Assembly: GCA_964509775.1 (NCBI GenBank)
Contig: CAZDYX010000001.1
Coordinates: 10,597 to 61,833 of the forward strand
Length of the DNA stretch: 51,237 bases
Source of the DNA: an uncultured Desulfobulbia bacterium
GTDB lineage: Bacteria; Desulfobacterota; Desulfobulbia; Desulfobulbales; CAZDYX01
Direction of reading: 5' to 3'
The translations under genes were made by a program, and so were the position numbers. Below, one piece after another: positions 16,930 through 26,183 of this stretch. Each line of letters begins with the position of its first letter. Positions within the stretch are counted from its first letter, which is position 1. The notes beneath the pieces were generated by a model that worked only from the letters and a program-made list of their open reading frames with translations, was not told the origin of the DNA and searched no databases.

Positions 16930-17275
16930 TCCGATCGAAGGGTGACGAAGCTCTTTCCGGTGGTAATACCACGCAGGGGATGATGGATCGGTACCGCATT
17001 GCCAAAACGCAACCGTTGGCCGATTTTTACCGACATTGACTATCACCGTAAAAAATTTTACTACCGAGATGACAAACCATAATGTTCAACAGGGTGATAT
17101 GCAGGGCTAGACTGCCATCACTAAAGAGCATGTGCAGAACAATGCAAGTGTACGCGACATGCTTGGCCAGCGCGGCATCAAACCAGAAAAGCTTCCACCG
17201 TAAGAGGATATTAAAAAGCTGGAACGTCGAGTAAAGACCAACGAGAAGAAGCTTGAAAAAAGTCGGGCAAGTTGC
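16930..17275 (+). pseudogene. Remnant of a DNA-damage-inducible protein D (DinD)-like gene, interrupted by stops and frameshifts
   Basis: TAITKEHVQNNASVRDMLGQRGIKPEKLPP*EDIKKLERRVKTNEKKLEKS resembles the DinD C-terminus (..H.evg.kVR.ti.elGGtmPEdLPtpesIKKLE..). It has in-frame stops at 17108-17110 and ~17200, and the upstream pieces are in other frames. Confidence 0.45.
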
Positions 17276-17369
17276 CTGGAAAGAAGGAATAATGGGAACG
17301 GCAGGCAATATTTGACATGTTGATCCTGCCTTCCTGTACTCCTGTCGAATTCTCTTATAAGGATGGGTT

Positions 17370-19613
17370 ATGAATTCCAATTTTGTTGTCATTCAGAATG
17401 CGCATGCGAACAATTTGAAGAATATTTCGACGGAGATTCCCAAGCACAAGGTGGTGGCGTTCACGGGAGTTTCGGGGTCGGGGAAGTCGTCCCTGCTCTT
17501 CGACACCATCTACACCGAGGCTCAGAGGCAGCTCATAGAGACCTTCTCGACCTTTGCAAGGAAGAGGTTGCCCAAGCTGTCCAGGCCTGATGTGGACGAC
17601 ATCCTCAACCTCTCCACCGCCATGGTCATAGACCAGAAGAAGATGGGAAACAACCTGCGTAGCACCGTGGGGACAGCAACCGAGGTGAACACCTACCTAA
17701 GGCTCCTGTTCTCGCGCATCGGCAGGCCCTTCCTGGGGGCCTCCTTCTTCTTTTCCTTCAACAACCCCCTGGGCATGTGCGAACACTGCCACGGGCTGGG
17801 CAAGATAGCCAAGATCGACCTTGACCTATTCCTCGATAGGGAGAAATCCATCCGCGAAGGAGGAATACTCCACATCCACTACAAAGTGGGAAGCTTCCTT
17901 TGGAACGAACTCGTCAAATTCAGGATCGTCGACCCGGACAAGAAAATCAAAGACTACAGCCCCGAGGAACTCAACCTCCTCCTCTATTCCGAACCCTTCC
18001 ACGTGAAAGGATCCAAGGAAGCCGTATCGTACAACCGCAACTTCGAAGGCCTCGTGCGGAAACTCGAACACTCCATGGCCCAGAAAGGCGAAGACGAAGC
18101 CGACGAAGAAGAGAAAAACGCCTATGCCCGCTTCTTCAAATACGAAACCTGCCCCCAATGCCAAGGAACGCGCATCAACGCCGCGGCCCGGGAAGTGAAA
18201 ATCCACGGCGCAAGCATAGACCAAGTCTGCCGCTGGGAACTCCCCCAAGTCCTCGAATTCCTCGAAACCATAGACGACCCCATAGCCGCCCCCGTGACAA
18301 GGAAAGCCAAATACATCCTCAAGCAACTCATCCACATAGGAGTAGGCTACCTAAACCTCGAACGACCCGTGGGAACCCTCTCGGGCGGAGAATCCCAACG
18401 CGTCAAAATGGCCCGCCAGCTGGACTGCAACCTCGTCGACCTCCTCTACGTACTGGACGAACCCACCACAGGCCTCCACCCCCGGGACACCCAGAAACTC
18501 ATCGGCCTCCTGTATGAACTTAAAAACCGAGGCAACAGCGTCTTCGTCGTGGAACACGACCCCGAAGTCATAAAAGCCTGCGAATGGATCGTCGACATAG
18601 GACCCCAGGCCGGAACCAAAGGCGGAACAATCGTCTACAACGGCCCTGCCCAGGACATCCAGACCAGCCAAAGCATCACAGCCACGACACTCCACAAGGA
18701 AATCCCCCTCCACGAAACCAAGAAAACCCCCGCAGGCTACTACGAAATACGGAACGCCACCGCCAACAACCTCAAGAACATCACCGTGCGCATACCCAAA
18801 GGCATGCTCACCTGCGTCACCGGCGTATCGGGAAGCGGCAAAAGCTCCCTCATTCACGAATGCTTCCTGCCCCAGCACCCCCAAGCCACCGTCATCGACC
18901 AATCGCCCATAGGCCGATCCTCCCGGGCCAACCCCCTCACCTTCACCGGCATCTTCGACGCTATACGCAAGAAATTCGCCGCCGACACAGGAGCCGACGC
19001 AGCCCTCTTCAGCTTCAACAGCAAAGGCGCCTGCCCCAAATGCAACGGCCAGGGCTTCATCAGCTTCGAACTCAACTTCCTGGACTCAGTAAAATCCCAG
19101 TGCGATGAATGCGAAGGAAAGCGCTACCACCCCGAAGTCCTCACCTACCGGTACCAAGGCAAGAACATAGCCGACGTCCTCAACCTCTCCGTGGATGAAG
19201 CACTCGCCTTCTTCTCCACCCCAAAGATCAACCAACACCTGAGGCTCCTCAAGGACGTAGGCCTTGGCTACCTCAAGCTCGGCCAAACCCTGAGCTCCCT
19301 TTCCGGCGGCGAATCCCAGCGCCTCAAGATAGCCGCGGAGCTGCAGAAGGAAAGCAACATCTACATCATGGACGAACCCACCACGGGCCTCCACCGCTCC
19401 GACATCGACACCTTCTTCCAGATAATCAAAAAACTGGTGGACAAGCAGAACACTGTCATCGTCATAGAGCACAACACGGACATCATAAAACGCGCCGACT
19501 GGATCATCGACATGGGCCCCGAAGGCGGCCGCAAAGGCGGCATGGTCATGGCAGAAGGCACACCCGCCCAAATCAAAGCCAACCCCGCCAGCGTTACGGG
19601 GAGATACCTTTAA
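17370..19613 (+). CDS. UvrA-family ABC ATPase paralogue (short class, no UvrB-binding insertion), 747 aa
   Basis: NAHANNLKNISTEIPKHKVVAFTGVSGSGKSSLLFDTIY, LSGGESQRVKMARQL, a second NATANNLKNITVRIPKGMLTCVTGVSGSGKSSL, LSGGESQRLKIAAEL and zinc-finger CxxC pairs are all present. At 747 aa it is shorter than canonical UvrA. Confidence 0.9.
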   Translation: MNSNFVVIQNAHANNLKNISTEIPKHKVVAFTGVSGSGKSSLLFDTIYTEAQRQLIETFSTFARKRLPKLSRPDVDDILNLSTAMVIDQKKMGNNLRSTVGTATEVNTYLRLLFSRIGRPFLGASFFFSFNNPLGMCEHCHGLGKIAKIDLDLFLDREKSIREGGILHIHYKVGSFLWNELVKFRIVDPDKKIKDYSPEELNLLLYSEPFHVKGSKEAVSYNRNFEGLVRKLEHSMAQKGEDEADEEEKNAYARFFKYETCPQCQGTRINAAAREVKIHGASIDQVCRWELPQVLEFLETIDDPIAAPVTRKAKYILKQLIHIGVGYLNLERPVGTLSGGESQRVKMARQLDCNLVDLLYVLDEPTTGLHPRDTQKLIGLLYELKNRGNSVFVVEHDPEVIKACEWIVDIGPQAGTKGGTIVYNGPAQDIQTSQSITATTLHKEIPLHETKKTPAGYYEIRNATANNLKNITVRIPKGMLTCVTGVSGSGKSSLIHECFLPQHPQATVIDQSPIGRSSRANPLTFTGIFDAIRKKFAADTGADAALFSFNSKGACPKCNGQGFISFELNFLDSVKSQCDECEGKRYHPEVLTYRYQGKNIADVLNLSVDEALAFFSTPKINQHLRLLKDVGLGYLKLGQTLSSLSGGESQRLKIAAELQKESNIYIMDEPTTGLHRSDIDTFFQIIKKLVDKQNTVIVIEHNTDIIKRADWIIDMGPEGGRKGGMVMAEGTPAQIKANPASVTGRYL

Positions 19614-20639
19614 GTGAAAATTACCATCACAGGCGGCTACGGCAATATTGGAATCTCCGTGATAGAGGAATGCCTCAGGCGCGGCCACAAGGTCACGGTG
19701 TTCGACCTGGATGGCGACAGGTCCAGAAAGTTTGCCCGGCGGTATTCTAAGAAGAATGTCAGGACTGTTCTTGGCGACATACGGAAGTATTCGGATGTGC
19801 ACGGCGCCGTCGCAGGCCAGGATGCGGTCATCCATCTCGCCGCCATCCTCCCTCCCTTGAGCGACAGGAACCCTGGCTTATGCAGGGAGGTGAATGTAAG
19901 TGGCATCGAAAATATCCTGAAGGCGATCAAGGCCGAGGGAAACACGGCAGCCCTGGTGGAGGTGTCCTCGGCCAGCGTGATGGGACCCACCCAAACCCAG
20001 GCGCCGCCGGTGCGGCCGGATGATCTTGTCGCGGCCACCGACACGTACTCGACCACAAAAATCGAGGCCGAAAGGCTTGTCGAGGAATCTGGAATCCGGC
20101 ACTGCATCCTGCGCCCCGCCGCTGTCCTGCCCACGAACATTTACATTAAATATTTCCTGAACATGATCAAGGTCATGTTCGACATGCCGCTTTCGGCGCG
20201 ATGCGAAATCGTCCTTGACATCGACGTGGCCCACGCCCTGGTTTCCGCTGCGGAAAGCCTGGCTGGCGCCAACCATGGCGGCGCCCTTTGCGGCAGCTCC
20301 CTCTGCGGCAGACGGGGTTTCATCGCCGGCGGCGGAAACCAGGGCTGCCAGCTCACCAACGGAGCGATGCTCAAGGCCGTGTTCGCCCAGGTGGGGCTGC
20401 CCTTTCCGCGCGAGGAATTATTCACCCACCACATCAACGGATATTACCTCGATTGGTACGACACCGAAGAAATCCAAAACCTCCTTAAGTACCAAAACCA
20501 CAGCTTCGCCCAATGGAAAGGAATAATCGAGCAAAAACTTGGCCCCTACCGCCCCCTAATCACCTTGCTGAACCGACCAATCCTGAAGTGGCTTGAAAAG
20601 CAATCACGGCATGGAGGAGCTCGAAGCTTCCATCCATAG
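19614..20639 (+). CDS. NAD-dependent epimerase/dehydratase family (extended SDR) protein
   Basis: MKITITGGYGNIGISVIEECLRRGHKVTVFDL is a Rossmann GxxGxxG motif, and YSTTK is the catalytic YxxxK. The GTG start comes immediately after the uvrA-like stop. Confidence 0.8.
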   Translation: MKITITGGYGNIGISVIEECLRRGHKVTVFDLDGDRSRKFARRYSKKNVRTVLGDIRKYSDVHGAVAGQDAVIHLAAILPPLSDRNPGLCREVNVSGIENILKAIKAEGNTAALVEVSSASVMGPTQTQAPPVRPDDLVAATDTYSTTKIEAERLVEESGIRHCILRPAAVLPTNIYIKYFLNMIKVMFDMPLSARCEIVLDIDVAHALVSAAESLAGANHGGALCGSSLCGRRGFIAGGGNQGCQLTNGAMLKAVFAQVGLPFPREELFTHHINGYYLDWYDTEEIQNLLKYQNHSFAQWKGIIEQKLGPYRPLITLLNRPILKWLEKQSRHGGARSFHP

Positions 20640-20640
20640 A

Positions 20641-20672
20641 CAGGAGGACAGGATTTTCAGGATTCACGGAGT
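20641..20672 (-). repeat. Copy C of the dispersed AGGAT-9-mer intergenic repeat
   Basis: The + strand reads C AGGAGGAC AGGATTTTC AGGATTCAC. The reverse complement shares the identical 16-mer ATCCTGAAAATCCTGT with copy B. Confidence 0.6.
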
Positions 20673-20762
20673 GAACTTATAATTGGAGAAGGATAAGCAA
20701 AGTGGAGTAAGAGATATTCAAGTTCATGTAGCCAACAGCCATTTTACCTTCGGGTAGATGCC

Positions 20763-21791
20763 TCAGTGTGTCATTTTCATTGTACTCATGCGCGGGATGA
20801 GTCTTGACTGGAGGACATGTTTTGAAGAATTGCTCTGCTGTTGCCCTGTATCTATGAGATTGCGAAGAAGGCTGATCGCTAAAAGACCCATTTCTTGCAG
20901 AGGTTGCTCAAAAGTACTGATTGGGATTGGCTTGAATGCGGAAAAGTCCCGATTGTCGAAGCCAAGGACTCGAACCTGATCAGGCACCGCAATCCCCATT
21001 TCCGTCAGCCTGGCAATGGTTCCTGCGGCGATATAGTCGTTAGCGCAAAAAATGCCGTCGATATCCTTTCGAGAATCTAAAAGTTTTTTCGAAGATTCGT
21101 ATCCATTCTCGAAATCATACCCGCCGAATAAAACATTCTGATCCTCTAAATTTAGTCCGAGATTCTTGACATGCGACCTGAATCCACGCAACCTGTCCTG
21201 GACTGAAAGACGGTTTTCAGGACCGCAGATCATTGCAGGGTGGCGCATTCCAGCGGCGTATAGATGCTCGGCTGCTTGGAGACCGCCCTGGTAATTATCC
21301 GGAATCACTGAAATAGCCCCCGGAATCTCCATATTCACCGACGCTGTAGGAACCTGGTTGCCCGACACGGCAGGGTACAACGACGGCCCCAGGGGGAGAT
21401 GATGGCATAGCAGAAGACCATCGATGGAGTGACTCTTTAAAAAAGAATATGCAGCTTCGTAGTCATTCCCAAATTCAACCTTGGAGACAAAAAGCAAGGA
21501 AAACCCACTTCCTGACAATCCCCCTTCTGCTCCGCGCACGATTTGATTGACGAACGTTTCGGTAATATCCATCGCGAGACAGCCGATGATCCGGGATTTG
21601 CCTCCCCTTAGGCTACGTGCGTTTACTTGGGGAATATAGTTAAGCGTGGCAATGGCCTTCATGACTTTTCCCCGGGTATCAGCGCCTACAGGTCTTTTCC
21701 CATTCAGCGTATGGGTTATCGTTGAAGGCGAAACACCGGCCATGCGCGCTACATCGAGAATTGTTACATTCCGTTCCTGCTTTTCTCCCAC
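20763..21791 (-). CDS. LacI-family transcriptional regulator
   Basis: The HTH is VTILDVARMAGVSPSTITHTLNGKRPVGADTRGKVMKAIATLNYIPQVNARSLR, followed by a periplasmic-binding-like sugar domain. Confidence 0.9.
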   Translation of the reverse strand: MGEKQERNVTILDVARMAGVSPSTITHTLNGKRPVGADTRGKVMKAIATLNYIPQVNARSLRGGKSRIIGCLAMDITETFVNQIVRGAEGGLSGSGFSLLFVSKVEFGNDYEAAYSFLKSHSIDGLLLCHHLPLGPSLYPAVSGNQVPTASVNMEIPGAISVIPDNYQGGLQAAEHLYAAGMRHPAMICGPENRLSVQDRLRGFRSHVKNLGLNLEDQNVLFGGYDFENGYESSKKLLDSRKDIDGIFCANDYIAAGTIARLTEMGIAVPDQVRVLGFDNRDFSAFKPIPISTFEQPLQEMGLLAISLLRNLIDTGQQQSNSSKHVLQSRLIPRMSTMKMTH

Positions 21792-21850
21792 CCTATAACC
21801 TCGGTGTCCTATACTACTTGAAAATCCTATGGTCTACAACGCGATTTCGC

Positions 21851-22714
21851 TCAGCTTCCGAGCCACTTTAAGATGCTTTCCGCCCTTTGCCCGTATTCTA
21901 GGTAGTTTTTCCTCAATTCGCCGCCCCCGAACGATATGTTTCCGCCATGGGAACTGACTGCTAGATGGGGTTCTATGGAAAACATCCCAGAATAACCTCG
22001 GCTTACGATGTCGCGCATAATCAACGCCACATCGCAATCTCCTTCGCCGGGCATGACATGGAGGATGCTACCGTCTGGAAGCCTCTTGCAGTCTTTGATA
22101 TGGAAATGGACGATGTACGGCAAGGCAGCCTTATAAAATGCCCATGTATCCTCTTTGCTCGCCCCGTGACCTATTGGATTGCCTGGGTCGAAAACTACCC
22201 GCAGCGATTCAGAGTCGAAATAGGAAAGAAACTCGGCAAGCCGTTGTGGCGATTCCGACGCCCACCCGTCGCAATTCTCCAGTACGAGCACGATCCCCTC
22301 ACCTTCGGCTAAGGTGACTAGTTCTCGCATCCGCCTGAACACCTCCTCCTTCCACAGCGTTCCATCCCTCCCATCGTTCGGATAGGACATGATTCTGATG
22401 AAGGATGTGCCCAGGCGGCGCATTCTAGGAATCGCTCGGTGGAGATCTTCCAAGTCACGCGGAAACGGAGTATTGATCGGCCTAGCCCAGTTCGCAATGG
22501 AAGAACCTAGACATACTGTATGCATTCCAGCCTTTTCAATACTGGCGTAGACTTCATCGAACGAGGCGTCGTCCATCTCACAGATGTTTTTCCCGTTGAC
22601 GCTTCGCAACTCGATCGAATCCCAACCCAACGCTTTATGGTTGGAGATCTGTTCCACAATGCTCGAGCCACCCTCGTCCCCTATTCCAGTCAATCTCTTC
22701 TGCAATTCAGTCAT
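21851..22714 (-). CDS. Sugar phosphate isomerase/epimerase (xylose-isomerase-like TIM barrel)
   Basis: Its length and motifs (..VFDPGNP..HFHIKDC..PGEGDCD..) are typical of the AP-endonuclease-2/xylose-isomerase-like TIM family. There is a 4-nt overlap with the upstream gene. Confidence 0.75.
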   Translation of the reverse strand: MTELQKRLTGIGDEGGSSIVEQISNHKALGWDSIELRSVNGKNICEMDDASFDEVYASIEKAGMHTVCLGSSIANWARPINTPFPRDLEDLHRAIPRMRRLGTSFIRIMSYPNDGRDGTLWKEEVFRRMRELVTLAEGEGIVLVLENCDGWASESPQRLAEFLSYFDSESLRVVFDPGNPIGHGASKEDTWAFYKAALPYIVHFHIKDCKRLPDGSILHVMPGEGDCDVALIMRDIVSRGYSGMFSIEPHLAVSSHGGNISFGGGELRKNYLEYGQRAESILKWLGS

Positions 22715-23736
22715 ACCTCGCTCCTTTTCCAGTCGATCAACACCCCGAGATGCGAGTCGCGTTCGTTGAGCAACATATTATATGCATCCGCCACTCTGCT
22801 AGGCGGCACGACGTCGGTCAGGAATCCATCCACTTTCACTTTATCTTCCTCAATCATTTTCAACACTTCATACCCGAAGAGATAATGTGAGTATTTTTGA
22901 TCCAAGGTAGAGAAAAGAGGGTATCGTCCTTCATGCGCGCCTATAAGGCTGATAGCCTTGCGATGAATTAATTTGTATACATCGATTTCCACCTTTCCCC
23001 TGGTGGAACCGAGAAGTATCACCTCTCCAAGCCTATTGACAGTTTTGAGCGAATCGGCGACTAAGCTCGGGACCCCCGTCGCTTCCACAACCGTGGAAAC
23101 GCCTTCGCAATTTGTGATTGTGGAGATCGCCTCTCCTAAGTCGCGGTCCGAAGTGCCGACCGCTGCCTTGATGCCGCAACGAAGCGCCAAATTTACACGG
23201 GATAAGGCAAGGTCGGCGACTATCGCATCCCTCCCACGGGCGATTTGAAAAAGTTGGGCGCAAAGGTTGCCGATTATTCCTCCGCCCATCACAAGCATGT
23301 ATCCATTCATCTTGCCTGAAGCCGCGACCGCCGTGTACGCAATTTGGCCGAATCTCGCGAATAGGGCTCGCTTGCTGTCAATCCCTTCGGATAACTTGAA
23401 AATCAAATCCTTACCCGGATTAACGATGGATCTATCGGCATGGGTTTGGAAATGGAGCACACGATCCCCTACCGAATAATCCTTGACATCCATTCCGGCA
23501 AATACGATAGTACCCACCGATGCATAACCGGGAGCCAAGGGATAACGCGCCCATTTAATTTCCGGATCGGAAAACCCGATATGCGTGCCGGTGAACAAAG
23601 CCAATTCCGTACCAGGACTTATGAGCGAATAATGGTTTTCCACCACTACCGAATCGTGCTCCGCAAATATTTTTCTATCCTGAACCTCAAGCTCATGCTT
23701 ATCTACAAACATTAGCTGCCTTGCGCTTAATTCCAT
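22711..23736 (-). CDS. Medium-chain (zinc-type) alcohol/polyol dehydrogenase family protein
   Basis: It has GroES-like N-terminal features (..ISPGTE..GYASVG..) and a Rossmann motif VMGGGIIGNLCAQL. Confidence 0.75.
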   Translation of the reverse strand: MELSARQLMFVDKHELEVQDRKIFAEHDSVVVENHYSLISPGTELALFTGTHIGFSDPEIKWARYPLAPGYASVGTIVFAGMDVKDYSVGDRVLHFQTHADRSIVNPGKDLIFKLSEGIDSKRALFARFGQIAYTAVAASGKMNGYMLVMGGGIIGNLCAQLFQIARGRDAIVADLALSRVNLALRCGIKAAVGTSDRDLGEAISTITNCEGVSTVVEATGVPSLVADSLKTVNRLGEVILLGSTRGKVEIDVYKLIHRKAISLIGAHEGRYPLFSTLDQKYSHYLFGYEVLKMIEEDKVKVDGFLTDVVPPSRVADAYNMLLNERDSHLGVLIDWKRSEV

Positions 23737-23765
23737 ACTCCTATCCCCTTGACGATGTAGTGATA

Positions 23766-26180
23766 TTAGCGGTAGCTACCGTGAAATTCCCAGGACATGT
23801 TCTTGCCAAGCCTTAGTTGGGCGATTTTTGCCTCTGCTTGGCAGCCGTTCTCGAAATGAAAAGAAGGAGGAAGCGTGAACCTGAATATTCGGCCATCGTC
23901 CGTGTCCATCCCGCTCCGAAGATCCTCCGCAACCCAAATTTTCCCCCAGCTTGCCTTCTTATCGTACGTCATTGTTATGGTCCACTTGTTGTACCGCTCA
24001 AGATTCAATTCAGTACTTCCATCGTCTTCGTAATAGATGGATGACTTTTCACCGCTTATGTCAGGTGGGAACACTAAAAACTCCACTAATTCGAAAAATG
24101 CAGTATTCAGTTTTTTAAGGCCTGGGCTGGTGGGAATTATGCAGCCAGTCTTCGCGAACCACCGCGCTCCTTCGAACGGAATATCAACATTGATAGATCC
24201 GCCATTCCTATATACGGCTTGCTTGATCGGATCGTACCAGGAATCCGATGACGGAAGCCTCACGGATGTGAAAACTTCCCTCGCATTTACAACTAACATT
24301 TTTAGGATTGAAGAGCCGAACAAACAATGAGGATCTAGTTCATCAAGATGTTTGTCTTCTGGGTATTCCAGGAATAAAGGCCTCTCAATGGGAATGCCTC
24401 TCATCGATGCCTCAAACGCGCAATTGTAAATGTACGGCATGAAGCGGTAGTGTTCGAGCACATAATCGCGGATTCGATGCTTTATTCCAGGATACGTCCA
24501 AGGCTCCGTGGGATTGCCGTCTTCCCTCCAGGAATGTATTACGAAGCGAGATTGAAAAATCGCAGATTGGCAACTGCGCAATAAAAGCTCCTCGGAAGGC
24601 GGGGGGCCAAAAAATCCTCCCAGATCGTGGCCGAAGAATGGCACTCCGCTAAGTCCAAGGGATAAGCCCATGTATTGATTGAACCGCAGGGTTTTCCAAT
24701 CGCTGCGATTGTCTCCGGTCCATGTACGGGCGTAGCGCTGCAATCCAGAATATCCGGACCGCGAGTAAATCCAAGGGCGCGCTTCCGGATTGTCCTCTTT
24801 GAAAGCCTCATATGCCGCTTTCGCCATTTTTACCGGATATAATTGCTTAGTCTTGTATGCGGGTATTTCTGGTTCTTCAAGCTCAAGCTCGTTGTTGTCG
24901 TTCCATATCCCTGTGCAGCCATGTTCAATATATTTTTCGCGAAGTTGTGACTTCCACCATTCCGCAGCCGAAGTATTGTCGAAATCGATAAACGACGCCT
25001 CACCACCCCAAAAATATTCGCTTAACGGTTGCCCTTCGGAATTTTTTATAAAAAATCCTTTTTCTGCCAGCTCAGAATACCAAGGGTGCGAGCAGAGTAT
25101 TCCAGGCTTTATGTTCATGCATAGGTTGTAACCCCTATGGGTTAGATTCCTTAAAAACTTACCATAATCAGGAAACTTATCTTTATTCCATAGGAAAGCG
25201 TATCGCTTACCATCCCTGGCTTTCAGATACCCGGATGAAACGTACATGCCTTCGCAGGGAATGCCTTCCTCCTCCACTCGATCGAAATAGCTCATGATTC
25301 TTTCCGCGGCATCGTCGCCTTCGACATAATTCATGGAGGATCCTAGAAAGCCAAAGCTAAAAAGGGGCGGCAACGCAGGAAAACCTACGATTCGTGAATA
25401 CGCTTGTAGAATGTCATGGTAAGCAGGCCCCAGTAGGAGGAAGTAGCAGAAGGGTCCGCCTTTCAAGTCGACCTTATAGTAATAAGGGCTCTCCCTGCCA
25501 AAATCCATTTCTTCAACCCATGCCGAAGGGAAAAAAACGCCGCAGCAAGCCCCGCTTGTCCGATTCCTCTTTATAAAGAAAGGAATCGATTTATAAAGTG
25601 GATCTGAATTTTCAGCGTCATAACCTAAGGCATCACGGTTGGAAAACTTAAACCTAAAACCACGGCGGTCTGGGAGTCCTGCCTTATCTCCTAAACCATA
25701 AAACGCATCATCGCCCTTCAACGGAAAATTGAAACGAGCGAGAGGTACATCCCCTACGCCTTCGGAAAGGCAACGAACAGGATAGGTAGGTATAACCGTA
25801 TCGTCTGTGCCAAGGTTCCCGCCATAGGTTAGAATGCTTTCTTGATAAATGGACAACGTACCAAACTGTTTGTCCATGCGGATTGCTGTCTGAGGATTTA
25901 CACCATCATCAACAACAATAGAATAATTGGTGCTATCTTCATCAAGAAGGACTTTTAAGGCCATCGATGGCGGCATGTCGCCGCTGGCGATGAAGGAAGC
26001 CGCCTTTTCAAGCTCAGGATCTATTTCCACACCGTCAAACTCATACTCAATTTTAATTATTTTGGAAGAATATATCGATATGAGGATTCCCCCGCCCTTG
26101 CCAAAAGCCGAGAATCTAACAAGACCGGATTGCGCTGAATCAATATTATACGATCTAAGGTCGCCGATAGTTTTTTTCAT
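23766..26180 (-). CDS. Glycoside hydrolase family 31 (alpha-glucosidase/alpha-xylosidase-like)
   Basis: The GH31 nucleophile region is GCTGIWNDNNE, the acid/base region is RYARTWTGDNRSDW, and at 804 aa the length fits. Confidence 0.9.
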   Translation of the reverse strand: MKKTIGDLRSYNIDSAQSGLVRFSAFGKGGGILISIYSSKIIKIEYEFDGVEIDPELEKAASFIASGDMPPSMALKVLLDEDSTNYSIVVDDGVNPQTAIRMDKQFGTLSIYQESILTYGGNLGTDDTVIPTYPVRCLSEGVGDVPLARFNFPLKGDDAFYGLGDKAGLPDRRGFRFKFSNRDALGYDAENSDPLYKSIPFFIKRNRTSGACCGVFFPSAWVEEMDFGRESPYYYKVDLKGGPFCYFLLLGPAYHDILQAYSRIVGFPALPPLFSFGFLGSSMNYVEGDDAAERIMSYFDRVEEEGIPCEGMYVSSGYLKARDGKRYAFLWNKDKFPDYGKFLRNLTHRGYNLCMNIKPGILCSHPWYSELAEKGFFIKNSEGQPLSEYFWGGEASFIDFDNTSAAEWWKSQLREKYIEHGCTGIWNDNNELELEEPEIPAYKTKQLYPVKMAKAAYEAFKEDNPEARPWIYSRSGYSGLQRYARTWTGDNRSDWKTLRFNQYMGLSLGLSGVPFFGHDLGGFFGPPPSEELLLRSCQSAIFQSRFVIHSWREDGNPTEPWTYPGIKHRIRDYVLEHYRFMPYIYNCAFEASMRGIPIERPLFLEYPEDKHLDELDPHCLFGSSILKMLVVNAREVFTSVRLPSSDSWYDPIKQAVYRNGGSINVDIPFEGARWFAKTGCIIPTSPGLKKLNTAFFELVEFLVFPPDISGEKSSIYYEDDGSTELNLERYNKWTITMTYDKKASWGKIWVAEDLRSGMDTDDGRIFRFTLPPSFHFENGCQAEAKIAQLRLGKNMSWEFHGSYR

Positions 26181-26183
26181 TTT

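Noticed and set aside
17027-17392. A 121-aa ORF on the - strand, and the ORFs at 16749-17046(-).
   Set aside because: They have no RBS or family features and lie antisense to the DinD-like remnant, overlapping the uvrA-like start region. They are probably spurious.
17693-19835. Many long overlapping ORFs in all frames inside the UvrA-paralogue and epimerase genes, for example 17826-18335(-), 17900-18517(+), 18351-18902(-), 18584-19108(+) and 19086-19835(-).
   Set aside because: Their products are low-complexity (P/R/H-rich or G/V/F/E-rich) with no motifs. The UvrA frame carries complete ABC and zinc-finger motifs. The open shadow frames are explained by the strong C-ending, stop-poor codon bias.
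23766-26180. The GH31 enzyme as a sulfoquinovosidase, which would link it to the neighbouring transketolase/reductase genes as a sulfo-sugar pathway.
   Set aside because: I could not find the sulfonate-binding Arg/Trp signature that I associate with YihQ-type enzymes. The region around ..SSGYLKARDGKRYAFLWNKDKFP.. looks like ordinary alpha-glucoside-active GH31 members. The idea cannot be supported from the sequence alone.
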